Numbered from the stretch's first letter, positions 1 to 9,971 are shown. The stretch: 64,000 nucleotides of DNA from Candidatus Latescibacterota bacterium (GCA_965200315.1 OZ241362.1:3968001-4032000), one strand, 5' to 3'. Numbers and translations are program-made. Notes: a model not told the origin generated them from the sequence alone.

Positions 1-1
1 C

Positions 2-52
2 TGCGACATCGCCCTGATCATCGACATCATCAAAGCCTATATGGCCCATTAG
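2..52 (+). CDS. 3' end of a CDS entering from the left edge (…CDIALIIDIIKAYMAH*), product unknown
   Basis: Open frame with host-like codon usage ending in TAG at 50-52, followed by a short GC hairpin. Confidence 0.3.
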   Translation, partial: CDIALIIDIIKAYMAH

Positions 53-145
53 GGCGGGTTTGGGGACCGCTTCTTGCTATATTCCCATGTAGGGGCAATC
101 CTCGTGGTTGCCCACCCGCGTATCTAACAAAAAAACTGAGGAATC

Positions 146-1723
146 ATGTCCCCCAAACGTCCCGCACCACCCATCATCTTTACCGACGACGGCTGGATTT
201 TCACGGCTGAAGAAAACGTCTCGGTCGCCGACCTCAAGGAAAAAATCGTCGATGGCTATGCTGGCACCGGCGGTGCGCTCTGGTGGAGCACGGGCGATCA
301 CGAGGTGTATCAGTTCGAGACGGAGATTGGCGAGAAATTCGGCGACGAAAGCAGCGACCTCGACGCCACAGCCCCTTCCTTCGTCCACTCGGCCACCCCC
401 GGCGTGGAGGCGCGAATCGCCGCCAATCTACACGGCCTGATCGCCGAGTGCGGCGGGCCATTGACCGCGCTTGCGCGACTGTGCCGGGAGGCGGATATCC
501 CCTTTTTCCCGCGTGTGCGCATGAACAGTCACTACGTGATCGACCCGTCCCATCCCGGCTACGGTCGCTTCCGCCGCCAGCAGCCCCACCTGCTCATTGG
601 TCGCCCCGGCGAGGAGTTCCCCGACAAGTCGGTCGAATGGGGCATCCGCACCGGCCTCGACTACGCCCACGCCGAGGTGCGCGAGCACATGCGGCGCATC
701 GCCTGCGAGGTCTTGGAGCGCTTTGACGTCGATGGCATCGAGCTGGACTTCATGCGCCATTCGGCCTTCTTCCGCATGGCCGAAGCCACGGCCAACAGCT
801 ACCTGATGACCGAGCTGGTACAAAAGGTCAAGGCGCGGCTCGACGAGGTCAGTGCCCAACGGGGCAAAACCCTACAACTGGCCGTTCGCGTCCCTCCGAC
901 CTTGGCCGACTCGCGGCGCATTGGCCTCGACGTTGACGAATGGATCGAGACCGGCCTCGTGGATATCGTCGTCGTTGGCGGCGGCTTTATCTCCTTTGAG
1001 ACCCCGGTCGATGAGTTCGTCCGCGCTGCGGCCTCTACCCCTTGCCTCGTCTATGGCTGCATTGAAGCCACCCGCCACAGCGACCAGCACTTCCTCCGCG
1101 CCTTGGCCCTGCGCTGGCTCACCGACGGAGCCGACGGCATTTACCTATACAACTTCTACACCATGTCGCCCGAGTGGAACCGCCAAACCGCCGCTGAATT
1201 CTCCGACCTCGCAACCCTGAAAAAACTCGACAAGTGCTACGAAATCAGCGGTACCATGTCCTTCAGCCCCACGGAAGGCCACAGCGCCGCTTTCCGCTTG
1301 GCCCATCCCTCAACGCCGCTTCCCGTACCGTTACCCACCGACCGCCCAAGTTTGGGGCCGGCGCTTCGCATCCGCGTCGCCGATGATGTGGCCGACGTCA
1401 CCGGCGGCTTGGCCTTGCGTTTGGATCACTTGCCGCCGGAGGACCGCCTCGAAGTCGAACTCAACGGCCGCGCCCTCCCTTGGGACCAAGCCCAAGTCTC
1501 CGGCGATGGCTGGTCGCGCCAGCAGGCAGCACCGCTGTTTTGGGCCAGCTATCCCACCCGTCCGGTCGAGCAAAAAATGGAAGGGGTCAGCGTGGAATTT
1601 GCAGTGGATGGTTCTTTTTTGCGGCAGGGTACTAACGAGATCGTCGTGCGGCTAGTGGCGGGGCAAGAAGATCGTCGAGAGCAGGTGATACTGACGGGTG
1701 TCGAATTGGCTATTTCTCACTGA
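146..1723 (+). CDS. Glycoside hydrolase-like TIM-barrel protein (GHL10/DUF187-like) with C-terminal beta domain
   Basis: 525 aa; motifs RMNSHY, LDYAHAEVR, DVDGIELDFMR, GADGIYLYN; RBS GAGGA before ATG. Confidence 0.7.
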   Translation: MSPKRPAPPIIFTDDGWIFTAEENVSVADLKEKIVDGYAGTGGALWWSTGDHEVYQFETEIGEKFGDESSDLDATAPSFVHSATPGVEARIAANLHGLIAECGGPLTALARLCREADIPFFPRVRMNSHYVIDPSHPGYGRFRRQQPHLLIGRPGEEFPDKSVEWGIRTGLDYAHAEVREHMRRIACEVLERFDVDGIELDFMRHSAFFRMAEATANSYLMTELVQKVKARLDEVSAQRGKTLQLAVRVPPTLADSRRIGLDVDEWIETGLVDIVVVGGGFISFETPVDEFVRAAASTPCLVYGCIEATRHSDQHFLRALALRWLTDGADGIYLYNFYTMSPEWNRQTAAEFSDLATLKKLDKCYEISGTMSFSPTEGHSAAFRLAHPSTPLPVPLPTDRPSLGPALRIRVADDVADVTGGLALRLDHLPPEDRLEVELNGRALPWDQAQVSGDGWSRQQAAPLFWASYPTRPVEQKMEGVSVEFAVDGSFLRQGTNEIVVRLVAGQEDRREQVILTGVELAISH

Positions 1724-1727
1724 TTAA

Positions 1728-2690
1728 CTACCGTGCCGTTGAAGCATCTTGTTGAGTTTTATATTGCTCCTTCTTTTCGAGTAATGTCATTTGTGTAGGT
1801 TCTTTTGGTTTATCTGGGTAAAGAGCCTCAACGGACCTTTCAAAATCACTAAGAGCGTTCTCATGGCCGCGCAGGAACCAATGTTTATGTTTTTCGAGAT
1901 ACGCTTTTCTAATAGACTCATTACGCAAATCAAGAGGGACACGTTCCATTCTTGGATCGATACTATCGAATCCTATAAACTCTTTTTGCAAACGTTCTTT
2001 TGACATTTTCACGTAGTCGGGGTTCAATTCAATTCCGACACCGACTCGATTGAGTTGTTGACATACCCTGAGTGTCGTTCCACTACCCAAGAAAGGATCG
2101 AGAACTAGCGATCCTTCACTGCTTGAAGCTAATATCATCCTCTCTATTAATCCTTCCGGTTTTTGAGTTGGATGATTCTGTCTATTGTAATTGCAGTAGT
2201 GAACGTGCGAAAATTCCCAAACATCTCCAGGATTTGCCCCTCGCATGTTATTACGCTCACGGTAATATTTTTGAGGAACGCGAATATCATCTAAGTTAAA
2301 AGTAAAATCTTTTGTTTTTGTAAACATTAGAATATCGTCGTGCCGAGGGGAAAAGCCTCTCTTTTTTCCTATTCCTTGCGTATAGTGCCACACTATCCAG
2401 CTATTGAAAAACATTCCAAAATCTCTATCTAGGAGATCATACAGAAAAGAAATAAACCGGAATCCCATAAAAACATAAATCGTTCCATCGGCCTTTAGGA
2501 TCCTATGAGCTTCTTTGATCCAATCTTTTGAGAATGCTAAATATTCTTCAAAGTCTTTAGTATCACGATTATTACCATAGTCCTTTCCCAAATTATAAGG
2601 AGGATCGGCAATGATAAGATCAAAGGTCCCGGAGTTGATCTTCTGCATCCCAGAGACGGCGTCTCCCAAGATTATTTTTTGTTCAATCAT
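1728..2690 (-). CDS. Site-specific DNA methyltransferase (N4-C/N6-A, beta class)
   Basis: Motif IV DPPY near the N-terminus, HPTQKP, motif I VLDPFLGSGTT near the C-terminus; visibly AT-rich relative to flanks. Confidence 0.92.
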   Translation of the reverse strand: MIEQKIILGDAVSGMQKINSGTFDLIIADPPYNLGKDYGNNRDTKDFEEYLAFSKDWIKEAHRILKADGTIYVFMGFRFISFLYDLLDRDFGMFFNSWIVWHYTQGIGKKRGFSPRHDDILMFTKTKDFTFNLDDIRVPQKYYRERNNMRGANPGDVWEFSHVHYCNYNRQNHPTQKPEGLIERMILASSSEGSLVLDPFLGSGTTLRVCQQLNRVGVGIELNPDYVKMSKERLQKEFIGFDSIDPRMERVPLDLRNESIRKAYLEKHKHWFLRGHENALSDFERSVEALYPDKPKEPTQMTLLEKKEQYKTQQDASTAR

Positions 2691-2969
2691 CGGATTTTAT
2701 CCATTCATTTTTATTAGCTAGTTCAAGCCATTGCTCAAATGATCGTCGATCAGACTGAAGGTATTTCTGATCAAGTAGCTGGCAAAACTCCCACGTGGTT
2801 CTTGCTTCAAGTTCAACGTAGTGAATATCCCGTATTTGGATCTGTCCTGTTCCAAGCGCAGGATTATAGTTTATATCCCTTGAAGACAGATAGTCGTGAC
2901 GAAATGCGAGCATTCCGAGTAATCATCGGACTGATGAGGAATTTTGAAGTTTTGTGTTTCGTATGTCAT
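2683..2969 (-). pseudogene. Probable Type II restriction endonuclease remnant (internal deletion/frameshift)
   Basis: RBS AAGGA plus ATG at 2969 gives MTYETQNFKIPHQ… which stops after 32 aa; a different frame (2913-2683) encodes …YNPALGTGQIQIRDIH… and overlaps the MTase start; same AT-rich composition as the MTase. Confidence 0.5.
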
Positions 2970-3128
2970 CGTTGTTCCTTTGCAACCAAACCGTCATCTT
3001 GCGTCCGTATTTCCCAGCAGACAAGACATTGCGGCTAGTGCGAACCCGGTCTAAGGAGGAACACAATAGGTCGATCATGTCTAACGTCTCGCATCGCCCG
3101 CACTCTGTCACGCGTCGCTGTCATCAAT

Positions 3129-6100
3129 CTACACCGCCACCACCGCTTCCGCATCCCCCGCTGCCAACGCATTCATATACGCTAGCGTCATATCGCGGGT
3201 GCGGTATGTGCCAAAGGCGGCTTCGTCTTCGCGGCGGACGATGGGGAAGGTGTCGAGGATGTAGGCCGCGTCTTTTCTATCCAGGCCGTAGAGGTGGAAG
3301 TAGAGCGCGTCGAGGCGGGCGCGGAGGTGGCGGCGTTTTTCTTCGTTCCATACAAAGGGCGGGCCATCGTAGCCTAAATCGCGGGCGAAGGGAGCCATGT
3401 CGTGAGATGTGTACGTGAGACGCAAAACGTGGTCGCGGACGAGATCGCGGGCGGTTATTTGGCCGAATTTTTTGTTGTAAGCGTCAGGGGCGATGACCGG
3501 GAGTTGTTCGACGATGTACCATGTAAGATGAGTGGCCTGAACCTTCTGACGCGCAACGTAATCACAACCGAAGCTGTTGAGATTGGCCAGCAGGCAGGCC
3601 GCGCTCTCGCTGTCGAAGTCGCGCTCGGCCGGAACGAGGACTGGCAATGTGTGTCCGCATCCAACTTGCGGAACGATGGACGCTACCATTGTCCGCTCGT
3701 TAGTTGGGTTCGTAATATCTCGGAACCCCAGCATCCAGCCGTGAGACTGCGGAATGACCGACTCCACATTCGCCGCCGGCACCCAATACTGTGTTTGGGG
3801 CAGAAAACCCGGGTCTGCGTGTTGTGCTTCAGTTACTTCTTCGCTTAGATACGGATTGTGCGTACTCTTGGGGTTGACTCGAACCGAGTTGGCGCGGTGA
3901 TCAAAATGCCAGATCATCCGACCCTGATACAGCGGCAAATAAAGCTCCTCACCCTTCTTCCAACGGTTGCCCTCTACCGGATAAAAGCCTTCCGCATCGA
4001 GTTGTTTAGCTGTCCTGAAGAGATGCGAATCATTCGCCATGTCGAACATGCGCGCGTATTTCACCGGCCACACGCGCTTCTCCTCGCCTTCTGAACGATC
4101 CACCAACACCGGATGGCACTCGTAGATGCGGCGCGTAATCTCAGCGTCCCTCCGACTGCGAAAAACAGGTGCCGTCCCGGTGTTCGGATTCACGCGGGCG
4201 AAGTCGTCCGGCGTCAAGGGAAAGCAGCGATTTTCGTCGTGGATTGTTTTCGTATCGTGCAGAAAAAAGGCGCACTTGGTCTGGTCGAATTGTCGCTTTT
4301 CACCGCCCAAAATGAGGGCACAGAATTTGAAGCGGGAGTCCACATCCTTGAAGAAAATTTTCTTGTTCTCAAAATCGAACAGGCCGCCCACCCGTCCGCT
4401 AGTCGAAACCGACTGGAAGAAACGGGCTGCCGTTTTGTCGGCATAAATGCCCGACGGCGTCAGCAAGCCGACAAAACCATTCGGCTTAATCAGACGCATG
4501 GACCGCTCGACAAACAACGAATACAAGTTGATGTCGCCGCCGCCGAGCAACGGATAATCGCCACCGCCGCGAATGATCGCACTCAGGCTCTCGGCCTGCG
4601 CCTTGGCCGCGTCGAATTCAGCCGCAAGCGGTGCGCCCCGATCGCGCAACCGCTGAATGCCTTTGCGCCGCTCAGCCGCTGTCGCTGCCCGTGCGAGTTC
4701 GGGGGCGCGCGTGGCAAACCACTCAACCTCTTGCAACTTGATGCGATCCCACGGCGGATTGCCAATGACCGCATCAAAGCCGCCGTGCGGACGAGCGTCT
4801 TGCCACTGCCGCCACACCCCCGGAAAAGCCACCTCCCAATGCAGAAAGCGCTCCCGGTTGGCAGTGGTTCGCGCCTCGCGCCACAACTCGGCAAACTCCG
4901 TGTCGTCAGCCACGCCCACTTCCTCCGGCCCGCGTGCCAGCAGTTCATAAGCCTTTGCCGTATGCTGGCCGAGCGTTGTAACCAAGGGGCCCTCAAATTC
5001 ATCGCGTTTTTTCTTTTTCATGCCCGCGGTCCGCCAGTGCCAGCCGCAGAGAAAATCGAGCAGGCCACGCAGGTCAGCGGTCGTCTCCTCCACCCCGTCG
5101 AACAGTGCCGCCGATTCTCGCACCTCGGCAACGGCGGCGTCCGGCATCTCCTCAATGCACTGCATCCCCTCGGTGGCTGCCTCCGCCCCGGAAATGGCAC
5201 TACCGGCAAACATCCCGCCGAGCCGGTGCAACTCATCGGTGGCATCCCGCACCCGCAGACCGGCCAGCGAGTCGCCGCAGCGCAAATGGTGATCGAGAAA
5301 CGACAGGGGCGCACCCACCGTAAAACTGTGCAGCCACAGCGACACCTTGGCCAACTCAACCGTCAGCCGATTCTTATCGACGCCGTAAATGCAGCGCTTG
5401 AGCACCATGCGGCGGATGATGGCTTGGTCCGTAAGCTGCGCCTCGTCCAACACCCAATTCGATTCGGCGGCCCGTTTGCAAATGTCGTCCCGAATCGCCG
5501 CCACGCGCTCCACCAACGGCGACGCGTACTCACCGTCCAGCCACTCTGGAACCGCAGGAACGTATTCGATTAGCTCGGCGATGTAGTCCGACAGAAAATC
5601 CACGGCCGTGACGAGGAAATGGCCGCTACCCATGGACGGGTCCAAGACTTTGAGGTCTAACACCGCCACGGCCGGATCGATCCGCTCAAGTTCAGTCTGC
5701 CGTTCCTTCTTGGATCGACGGTCGCTTTTGAGCGCGGCCGCTTGGTCCTCAAAAGCACCGAGCCGCTCTTCGGCCAGCGGCTTCAAGGTCCGCTCGACAA
5801 TCAGATCGACGAGTTCCTGCGAAGTATAGAAACTGCCGCTGTCCTTGCGGGCATACGGATTGGGGCGAATGGAAATGTTGCCGTCGTCGCCGCGCACCGG
5901 CGTACGCTCCAGCAGCCGCTCGTAGAGCGAGCCAAGCTGCTGCACCGACATGTCTCGGTAGTTGACAAAGCGGCGCCCGCCCTGCGAATCCTCGGCGTGG
6001 CTCAGGTCGTAGATGATGGGTGCGATGTCTGCGTCAGCTAAGCGGACCGCTTCCAGCAAAGGAGCGGCTGTCGCCGCAAACAATCCGCCGTTGTAGGGCG

Positions 6101-7109
6101 GCAGGCCGATAGACTCGTCGCCTTCGTCGATGAGCTTGAACAACGTCGTTAGGTGGTCGTAGTAGTTGGTGGCAATGGCCGAGAACGTGTCCCCGTCCAC
6201 CATTCTGCGCGCAATATCGTCGCGGACGGGCTGGCGCAAACCATAGGCGTCGTACCGTGCGTCGTTGACCGGCAGCAGCCCTCGGTCCTCGGCATAGAGC
6301 ACAAACAGCAAGCGATAGAGAAAGATCAACGCCGCATCCCGGCTCGCGGCGAGGCTTTCTTCCGATTGCTTGGCAAGCGTATTGACGAGGCCGGGAAACA
6401 CCCGCTCGAACACCACCCCCGAAAGGTCCTGCGCCACCTGTTCCTCATAGCGACGGCCCTCAGCCAGCGCCGCTTCGAGAAACGTAGTCGTGGCTCCGTC
6501 CCGGCGCGTGAAGGAGTCGCGGCAAAACAGCAGATGAAAAACGCGCAGATCGTCTTCGTTGCCGGGCTTGAGTACGTCGGTGAGGTTGGCTTCAAAGTAG
6601 CCGCTCGCCCGCGGCCGAGCTCGATAGTCGTACAGCCGCCAGACGCTGCCATTGGTGAGAATACCCCAGCGAATGCGTCCCTCCGACTCGATCTCAGCCG
6701 TCTCCAAGTAGCGGAGAATCTGACCGTGCGGCGTCCCGCTCCGGTCCCGGCTGTCGAGCGCAAGCCCAAAGCGTTTGCTCTCTTCCACTACGGTCGCATA
6801 CTGGAAGGGATTGCCAGACCGCGCCTTGGATTCGGCGTCGGCGAAAAGCAAGTGATCGGGAATGTCCTCATGGCCGGCGGCACTTGGCTGAGGCACGTAC
6901 TCAGTCCATCCCAATAGCGCCAAAACCGGACGAATCAGCTCTTCCTCAGTGCGAGCTTCGTTGGGATTTCGGGAACGGCTGAGCGCGTCGTAATGTCGAG
7001 CAACGCCGTCCCTAAACGCAGCAAACGCCTCCGACTGAGACGCTTGCCACTCAGCCGTGGCCTTTATGCCGTCGGTGAGGAAGTAATGAGTGAATAATTG
7101 GCCGGACAT
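3129..7109 (-). CDS. Type IIG (Eco57I-like) fused restriction endonuclease / N6-adenine methyltransferase
   Basis: 1326 aa; N-terminal PD…ExK (IPDHLLF…VEESK), WGILTNG, motif I DPSMGSGHFL, motif IV IGNPPW, C-terminal target recognition region. Confidence 0.88.
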   Translation of the reverse strand: MSGQLFTHYFLTDGIKATAEWQASQSEAFAAFRDGVARHYDALSRSRNPNEARTEEELIRPVLALLGWTEYVPQPSAAGHEDIPDHLLFADAESKARSGNPFQYATVVEESKRFGLALDSRDRSGTPHGQILRYLETAEIESEGRIRWGILTNGSVWRLYDYRARPRASGYFEANLTDVLKPGNEDDLRVFHLLFCRDSFTRRDGATTTFLEAALAEGRRYEEQVAQDLSGVVFERVFPGLVNTLAKQSEESLAASRDAALIFLYRLLFVLYAEDRGLLPVNDARYDAYGLRQPVRDDIARRMVDGDTFSAIATNYYDHLTTLFKLIDEGDESIGLPPYNGGLFAATAAPLLEAVRLADADIAPIIYDLSHAEDSQGGRRFVNYRDMSVQQLGSLYERLLERTPVRGDDGNISIRPNPYARKDSGSFYTSQELVDLIVERTLKPLAEERLGAFEDQAAALKSDRRSKKERQTELERIDPAVAVLDLKVLDPSMGSGHFLVTAVDFLSDYIAELIEYVPAVPEWLDGEYASPLVERVAAIRDDICKRAAESNWVLDEAQLTDQAIIRRMVLKRCIYGVDKNRLTVELAKVSLWLHSFTVGAPLSFLDHHLRCGDSLAGLRVRDATDELHRLGGMFAGSAISGAEAATEGMQCIEEMPDAAVAEVRESAALFDGVEETTADLRGLLDFLCGWHWRTAGMKKKKRDEFEGPLVTTLGQHTAKAYELLARGPEEVGVADDTEFAELWREARTTANRERFLHWEVAFPGVWRQWQDARPHGGFDAVIGNPPWDRIKLQEVEWFATRAPELARAATAAERRKGIQRLRDRGAPLAAEFDAAKAQAESLSAIIRGGGDYPLLGGGDINLYSLFVERSMRLIKPNGFVGLLTPSGIYADKTAARFFQSVSTSGRVGGLFDFENKKIFFKDVDSRFKFCALILGGEKRQFDQTKCAFFLHDTKTIHDENRCFPLTPDDFARVNPNTGTAPVFRSRRDAEITRRIYECHPVLVDRSEGEEKRVWPVKYARMFDMANDSHLFRTAKQLDAEGFYPVEGNRWKKGEELYLPLYQGRMIWHFDHRANSVRVNPKSTHNPYLSEEVTEAQHADPGFLPQTQYWVPAANVESVIPQSHGWMLGFRDITNPTNERTMVASIVPQVGCGHTLPVLVPAERDFDSESAACLLANLNSFGCDYVARQKVQATHLTWYIVEQLPVIAPDAYNKKFGQITARDLVRDHVLRLTYTSHDMAPFARDLGYDGPPFVWNEEKRRHLRARLDALYFHLYGLDRKDAAYILDTFPIVRREDEAAFGTYRTRDMTLAYMNALAAGDAEAVVAV

Positions 7110-7136
7110 ATCAGGTCTTCTGGGCTAAAAGCTGGC

Positions 7137-7952
7137 TCATTCCTCAACCTCAGCCCACGCCCCCTTAGCCATCAGCCCGCCATCGACGCAGACATTCTCG
7201 CCAGTCATAAACGATGCCTTGTCGCTAGCCAAGAACAACATGGCGTTGGCGATGTCTTCCGGCTGCCCGTAGCGACCGAGCGGATGCAGCTTGGCGTAAT
7301 CCTTGAAGAACTGCTCGCGCTCGTGGCCGAATGCCTCGATCACCTCATCGACTAACGGCGTCTGAATGCCCCCTGGATTGACCGCCAAGACCCGAATCCC
7401 ATACTTGGCGTAGTCGAGCGCAAGCTGCCGCGTCAGGGAGATAATCCCGCCCTTGCTGGCGGCATAAGCCGAAACCATCGAAGCCGACTGCAAGCCCTGG
7501 ACACTCGCCGTGTTGATGATGACCCCCTTGCCCTGCTCCATCATCTGCGGCAGGCAGTGCCGAGCCATGAGGAAGAAGCTCTTCAGATTGACGTCAATGA
7601 TCCGGTCCCACATCTCTACCGGCAGCTCGTGGGCCGGCAAATAGCTGGGCACGGGCTGGATGCCGACGTTGTTGCACAACACGTCGATGCGGCCCCAATC
7701 CTCGATGATCTGTCCCACGGTCTGAGCACAGACCTCGTCGCTGGCCACGTCGGCCGCAAAGAAGCGGATCTGGCCCTCTTCGTTTCGGCTGAGCTCAATG
7801 TCGAAGCCCTCGGCCAAGGCCGCGCCAGCCTCCGCGTCTATATCCAACGCGGCGACCTGCGCTCCGGCGCCCGCGAACGCCCGCGAAATCCCCGAGCCAA
7901 TGCCCTTGGCACCGCCAGTTACGATAACTACTTGACCCGTAAAATCAGCCAT
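7137..7952 (-). CDS. SDR family NAD(P)-dependent oxidoreductase
   Basis: TGGAKGIG, NNVG, YAASKG, VDGG motifs; RBS AAGGAG. Confidence 0.92.
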   Translation of the reverse strand: MADFTGQVVIVTGGAKGIGSGISRAFAGAGAQVAALDIDAEAGAALAEGFDIELSRNEEGQIRFFAADVASDEVCAQTVGQIIEDWGRIDVLCNNVGIQPVPSYLPAHELPVEMWDRIIDVNLKSFFLMARHCLPQMMEQGKGVIINTASVQGLQSASMVSAYAASKGGIISLTRQLALDYAKYGIRVLAVNPGGIQTPLVDEVIEAFGHEREQFFKDYAKLHPLGRYGQPEDIANAMLFLASDKASFMTGENVCVDGGLMAKGAWAEVEE

Positions 7953-8042
7953 GACAATCTCCTTTATGATTTAATGAAATGCTCATTCGCCAATCTAAGA
8001 GGCGGTCTGCCCCCCATGCTTGCTTGGTGTGGGCTAGTCCGT

Positions 8043-8093
8043 AGCCTTGGCGTTAAGCGTTTTCCGAGGGCGAGACGCCCTCGAACCAAGGCT
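8043..8093. repeat. REP-like branched palindrome
   Basis: AGCCTTGG…CCAAGGCT enclosing CGAGGGCG-AGA-CGCCCTCG; intergenic; single copy seen in this window. Confidence 0.4.
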
Positions 8094-8138
8094 CTTTGCG
8101 CCATCTGAGGAGCCGAACTTGGAGTGTTCAGACGGCTT

Positions 8139-9197
8139 CTAAGGCTCAGCGAGCTTTTTCAATTTACAACAAAACGCCTGCTGCCCCAGCACCTCAACCG
8201 GGTACACGCGCTCCATGTACAAATCCGGCCATGCGCTGAATGATTCGGCTAGCAAAGTGCGCTCGCTGGTCAAACACACGGCCACTCCACCGGCCTTTAG
8301 CACCCTTGCCACCTCGCGGGCAAAGCCCTCGTAGAGCGGGCGCAGCGCTTGCGGCGCGCCGATCTTTTTGCCAAAGGGCAAGTTGCACACCACCCGATCG
8401 ACGCTGCCGTCGTCCAAGGGCAAATCCCGCGCATCCCATCGGCGAATGTCAATCGGCTTGTAACGCGGGCCAACGTTTGTGCGGGTGGCAGCCACGGCTT
8501 CCGGGCGAATGTCGCCACCCAAAAGCTGGGCATAGCGGCCGTGCAGCCCTCGCTCGATGAGAATGGTCCCAGCCCCGCACATGGGGTCGAGAAAGACGTC
8601 GCTGTCCGCTGGATCGGATAGCATCACCAAGGCCCGCGCCACGGTCGGCCGCAGCGAAGCCTCCACTTGCGCGACCTTGTAGGTGCGGTGGCGCATGGTC
8701 TCGTCGGAAAGGCGCACCCCGCCGATCAGCTCGCCGGCGACCTCCAAGCCCCACACCTCCAACAGTGCTTGCTCAGCCACGTGCTTCCAGCGCGGGAAAC
8801 GCCACGCTACGGCCTGCTGCAAGGCGCGGCGCATGGCTTGGCGCACATAGCGCTGTTGCCCGCTGCGGCGCTGAGCCACAATTCGGTAGGTGATGCGCTT
8901 GATCCGCTTGGGGCGAGCGCGGCGATGCGCGCCGACCGCGTCCGCAAAAAGCGGCGACTCCGCGACGAGTGCGCCAGCCTGTGCCAAGCCCTCGCGCGTC
9001 GCAGCCACCGGGCCACGTGCCACCAGCGCAAACACATCCTCGGTCGTCCCCAATCCGAGCAAGGCTTGCGGCGGAGCGTCCGTTGCAAAGAACACCACGC
9101 CGCGCTGCTGGCCCTGCGGCTTGGCCCCCAAGCGCACCGCGATTTCTCGTTGGGCGATCTCCTCTAGCCCGGGGGAGACGAACGCGTAGAACTGCAC
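8139..9197 (-). CDS. THUMP-domain RNA methyltransferase (Trm14/RlmL-like, UPF0020)
   Basis: N-terminal PGLE, ASLRPTVA, LDPMCGAGTI, CNLPFG motifs. Confidence 0.82.
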   Translation of the reverse strand: MQFYAFVSPGLEEIAQREIAVRLGAKPQGQQRGVVFFATDAPPQALLGLGTTEDVFALVARGPVAATREGLAQAGALVAESPLFADAVGAHRRARPKRIKRITYRIVAQRRSGQQRYVRQAMRRALQQAVAWRFPRWKHVAEQALLEVWGLEVAGELIGGVRLSDETMRHRTYKVAQVEASLRPTVARALVMLSDPADSDVFLDPMCGAGTILIERGLHGRYAQLLGGDIRPEAVAATRTNVGPRYKPIDIRRWDARDLPLDDGSVDRVVCNLPFGKKIGAPQALRPLYEGFAREVARVLKAGGVAVCLTSERTLLAESFSAWPDLYMERVYPVEVLGQQAFCCKLKKLAEP

Positions 9198-9199
9198 GG

Positions 9200-9961
9200 T
9201 TATTCGTAGAGGTCGTCTAGGTCGGCGGCGGCCAGCTCGACCAAAAACTCGGCGAGTTGCGCGGCCACTTGCTCCAAGCAGCGGCGGCCCTTTTCCGGGG
9301 TGGCTTGGCGCGGGTCGCCAATGCCCGTGTCGTCGGTCGCCTGCGTCCAGTCGCGCTGGGTCCAGACCCAGCCTTCCCGCAGCGCGGCGAGCTTAAACTT
9401 GTGTTCGCAGCCGCTGCCCGCCGCCGACAGGGGCAACACCCAATCCGGCCGCAAGTACTGCATGAGGCTGGTTTCCATTTCGTTGGCGTGGTCGCCGCCC
9501 GCCGCGAAAAGCCCGGTATCGGCGATGCGGTACCAATCCATGCAGCAAATAAACATCGCATAGCGCGGCAACAGCTCCCGCACCATCTGCTTGAAGTCGT
9601 TGCCGCCGTGGCCGTTTACAATGAGCAGTTTGGGGATACCCTGATGGGCAAGGGCCGCGGCCAAGTCTTGCAGGACGGCGAACTGGGTCGAAGGATTGAG
9701 GTTGAGGTCTAACTTGATGTCGAGCTGGCCGGTGTTGACGCCAAAGGGCACAGTCGGCAAGACGATGACCTTGGCGTCCTGCCCCCAAGCGATGTGGGCC
9801 GCGGCCGCGACGATTTCGTCGCACTGTACCACGTCGGTCGAATAGGGCAGGTGGTAATTGTGTGCTTCCGTCGCCCCCCACGGGAGGATCGCCACCTCGT
9901 AAGGGGTGTGCTCTACGGTCTGCCAATTGGTCTCGGCGAGGATGTAAGGTCGGCCGGGCAT
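9200..9961 (-). CDS. Creatininase family amidohydrolase
   Basis: LPWGATEAHNYHLPYSTD, NGHGGN, DHANEMETS motifs. Confidence 0.9.
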   Translation of the reverse strand: MPGRPYILAETNWQTVEHTPYEVAILPWGATEAHNYHLPYSTDVVQCDEIVAAAAHIAWGQDAKVIVLPTVPFGVNTGQLDIKLDLNLNPSTQFAVLQDLAAALAHQGIPKLLIVNGHGGNDFKQMVRELLPRYAMFICCMDWYRIADTGLFAAGGDHANEMETSLMQYLRPDWVLPLSAAGSGCEHKFKLAALREGWVWTQRDWTQATDDTGIGDPRQATPEKGRRCLEQVAAQLAEFLVELAAADLDDLYE

Positions 9962-9971
9962 GGAGGCTCCT

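Noticed and set aside
4113-5573. 486-aa ORF antisense to the Type IIG gene, and many other long shadow ORFs
   Set aside because: Expected by-product of GC-rich codon bias; no recognisable motifs, and they fully overlap well-supported genes.
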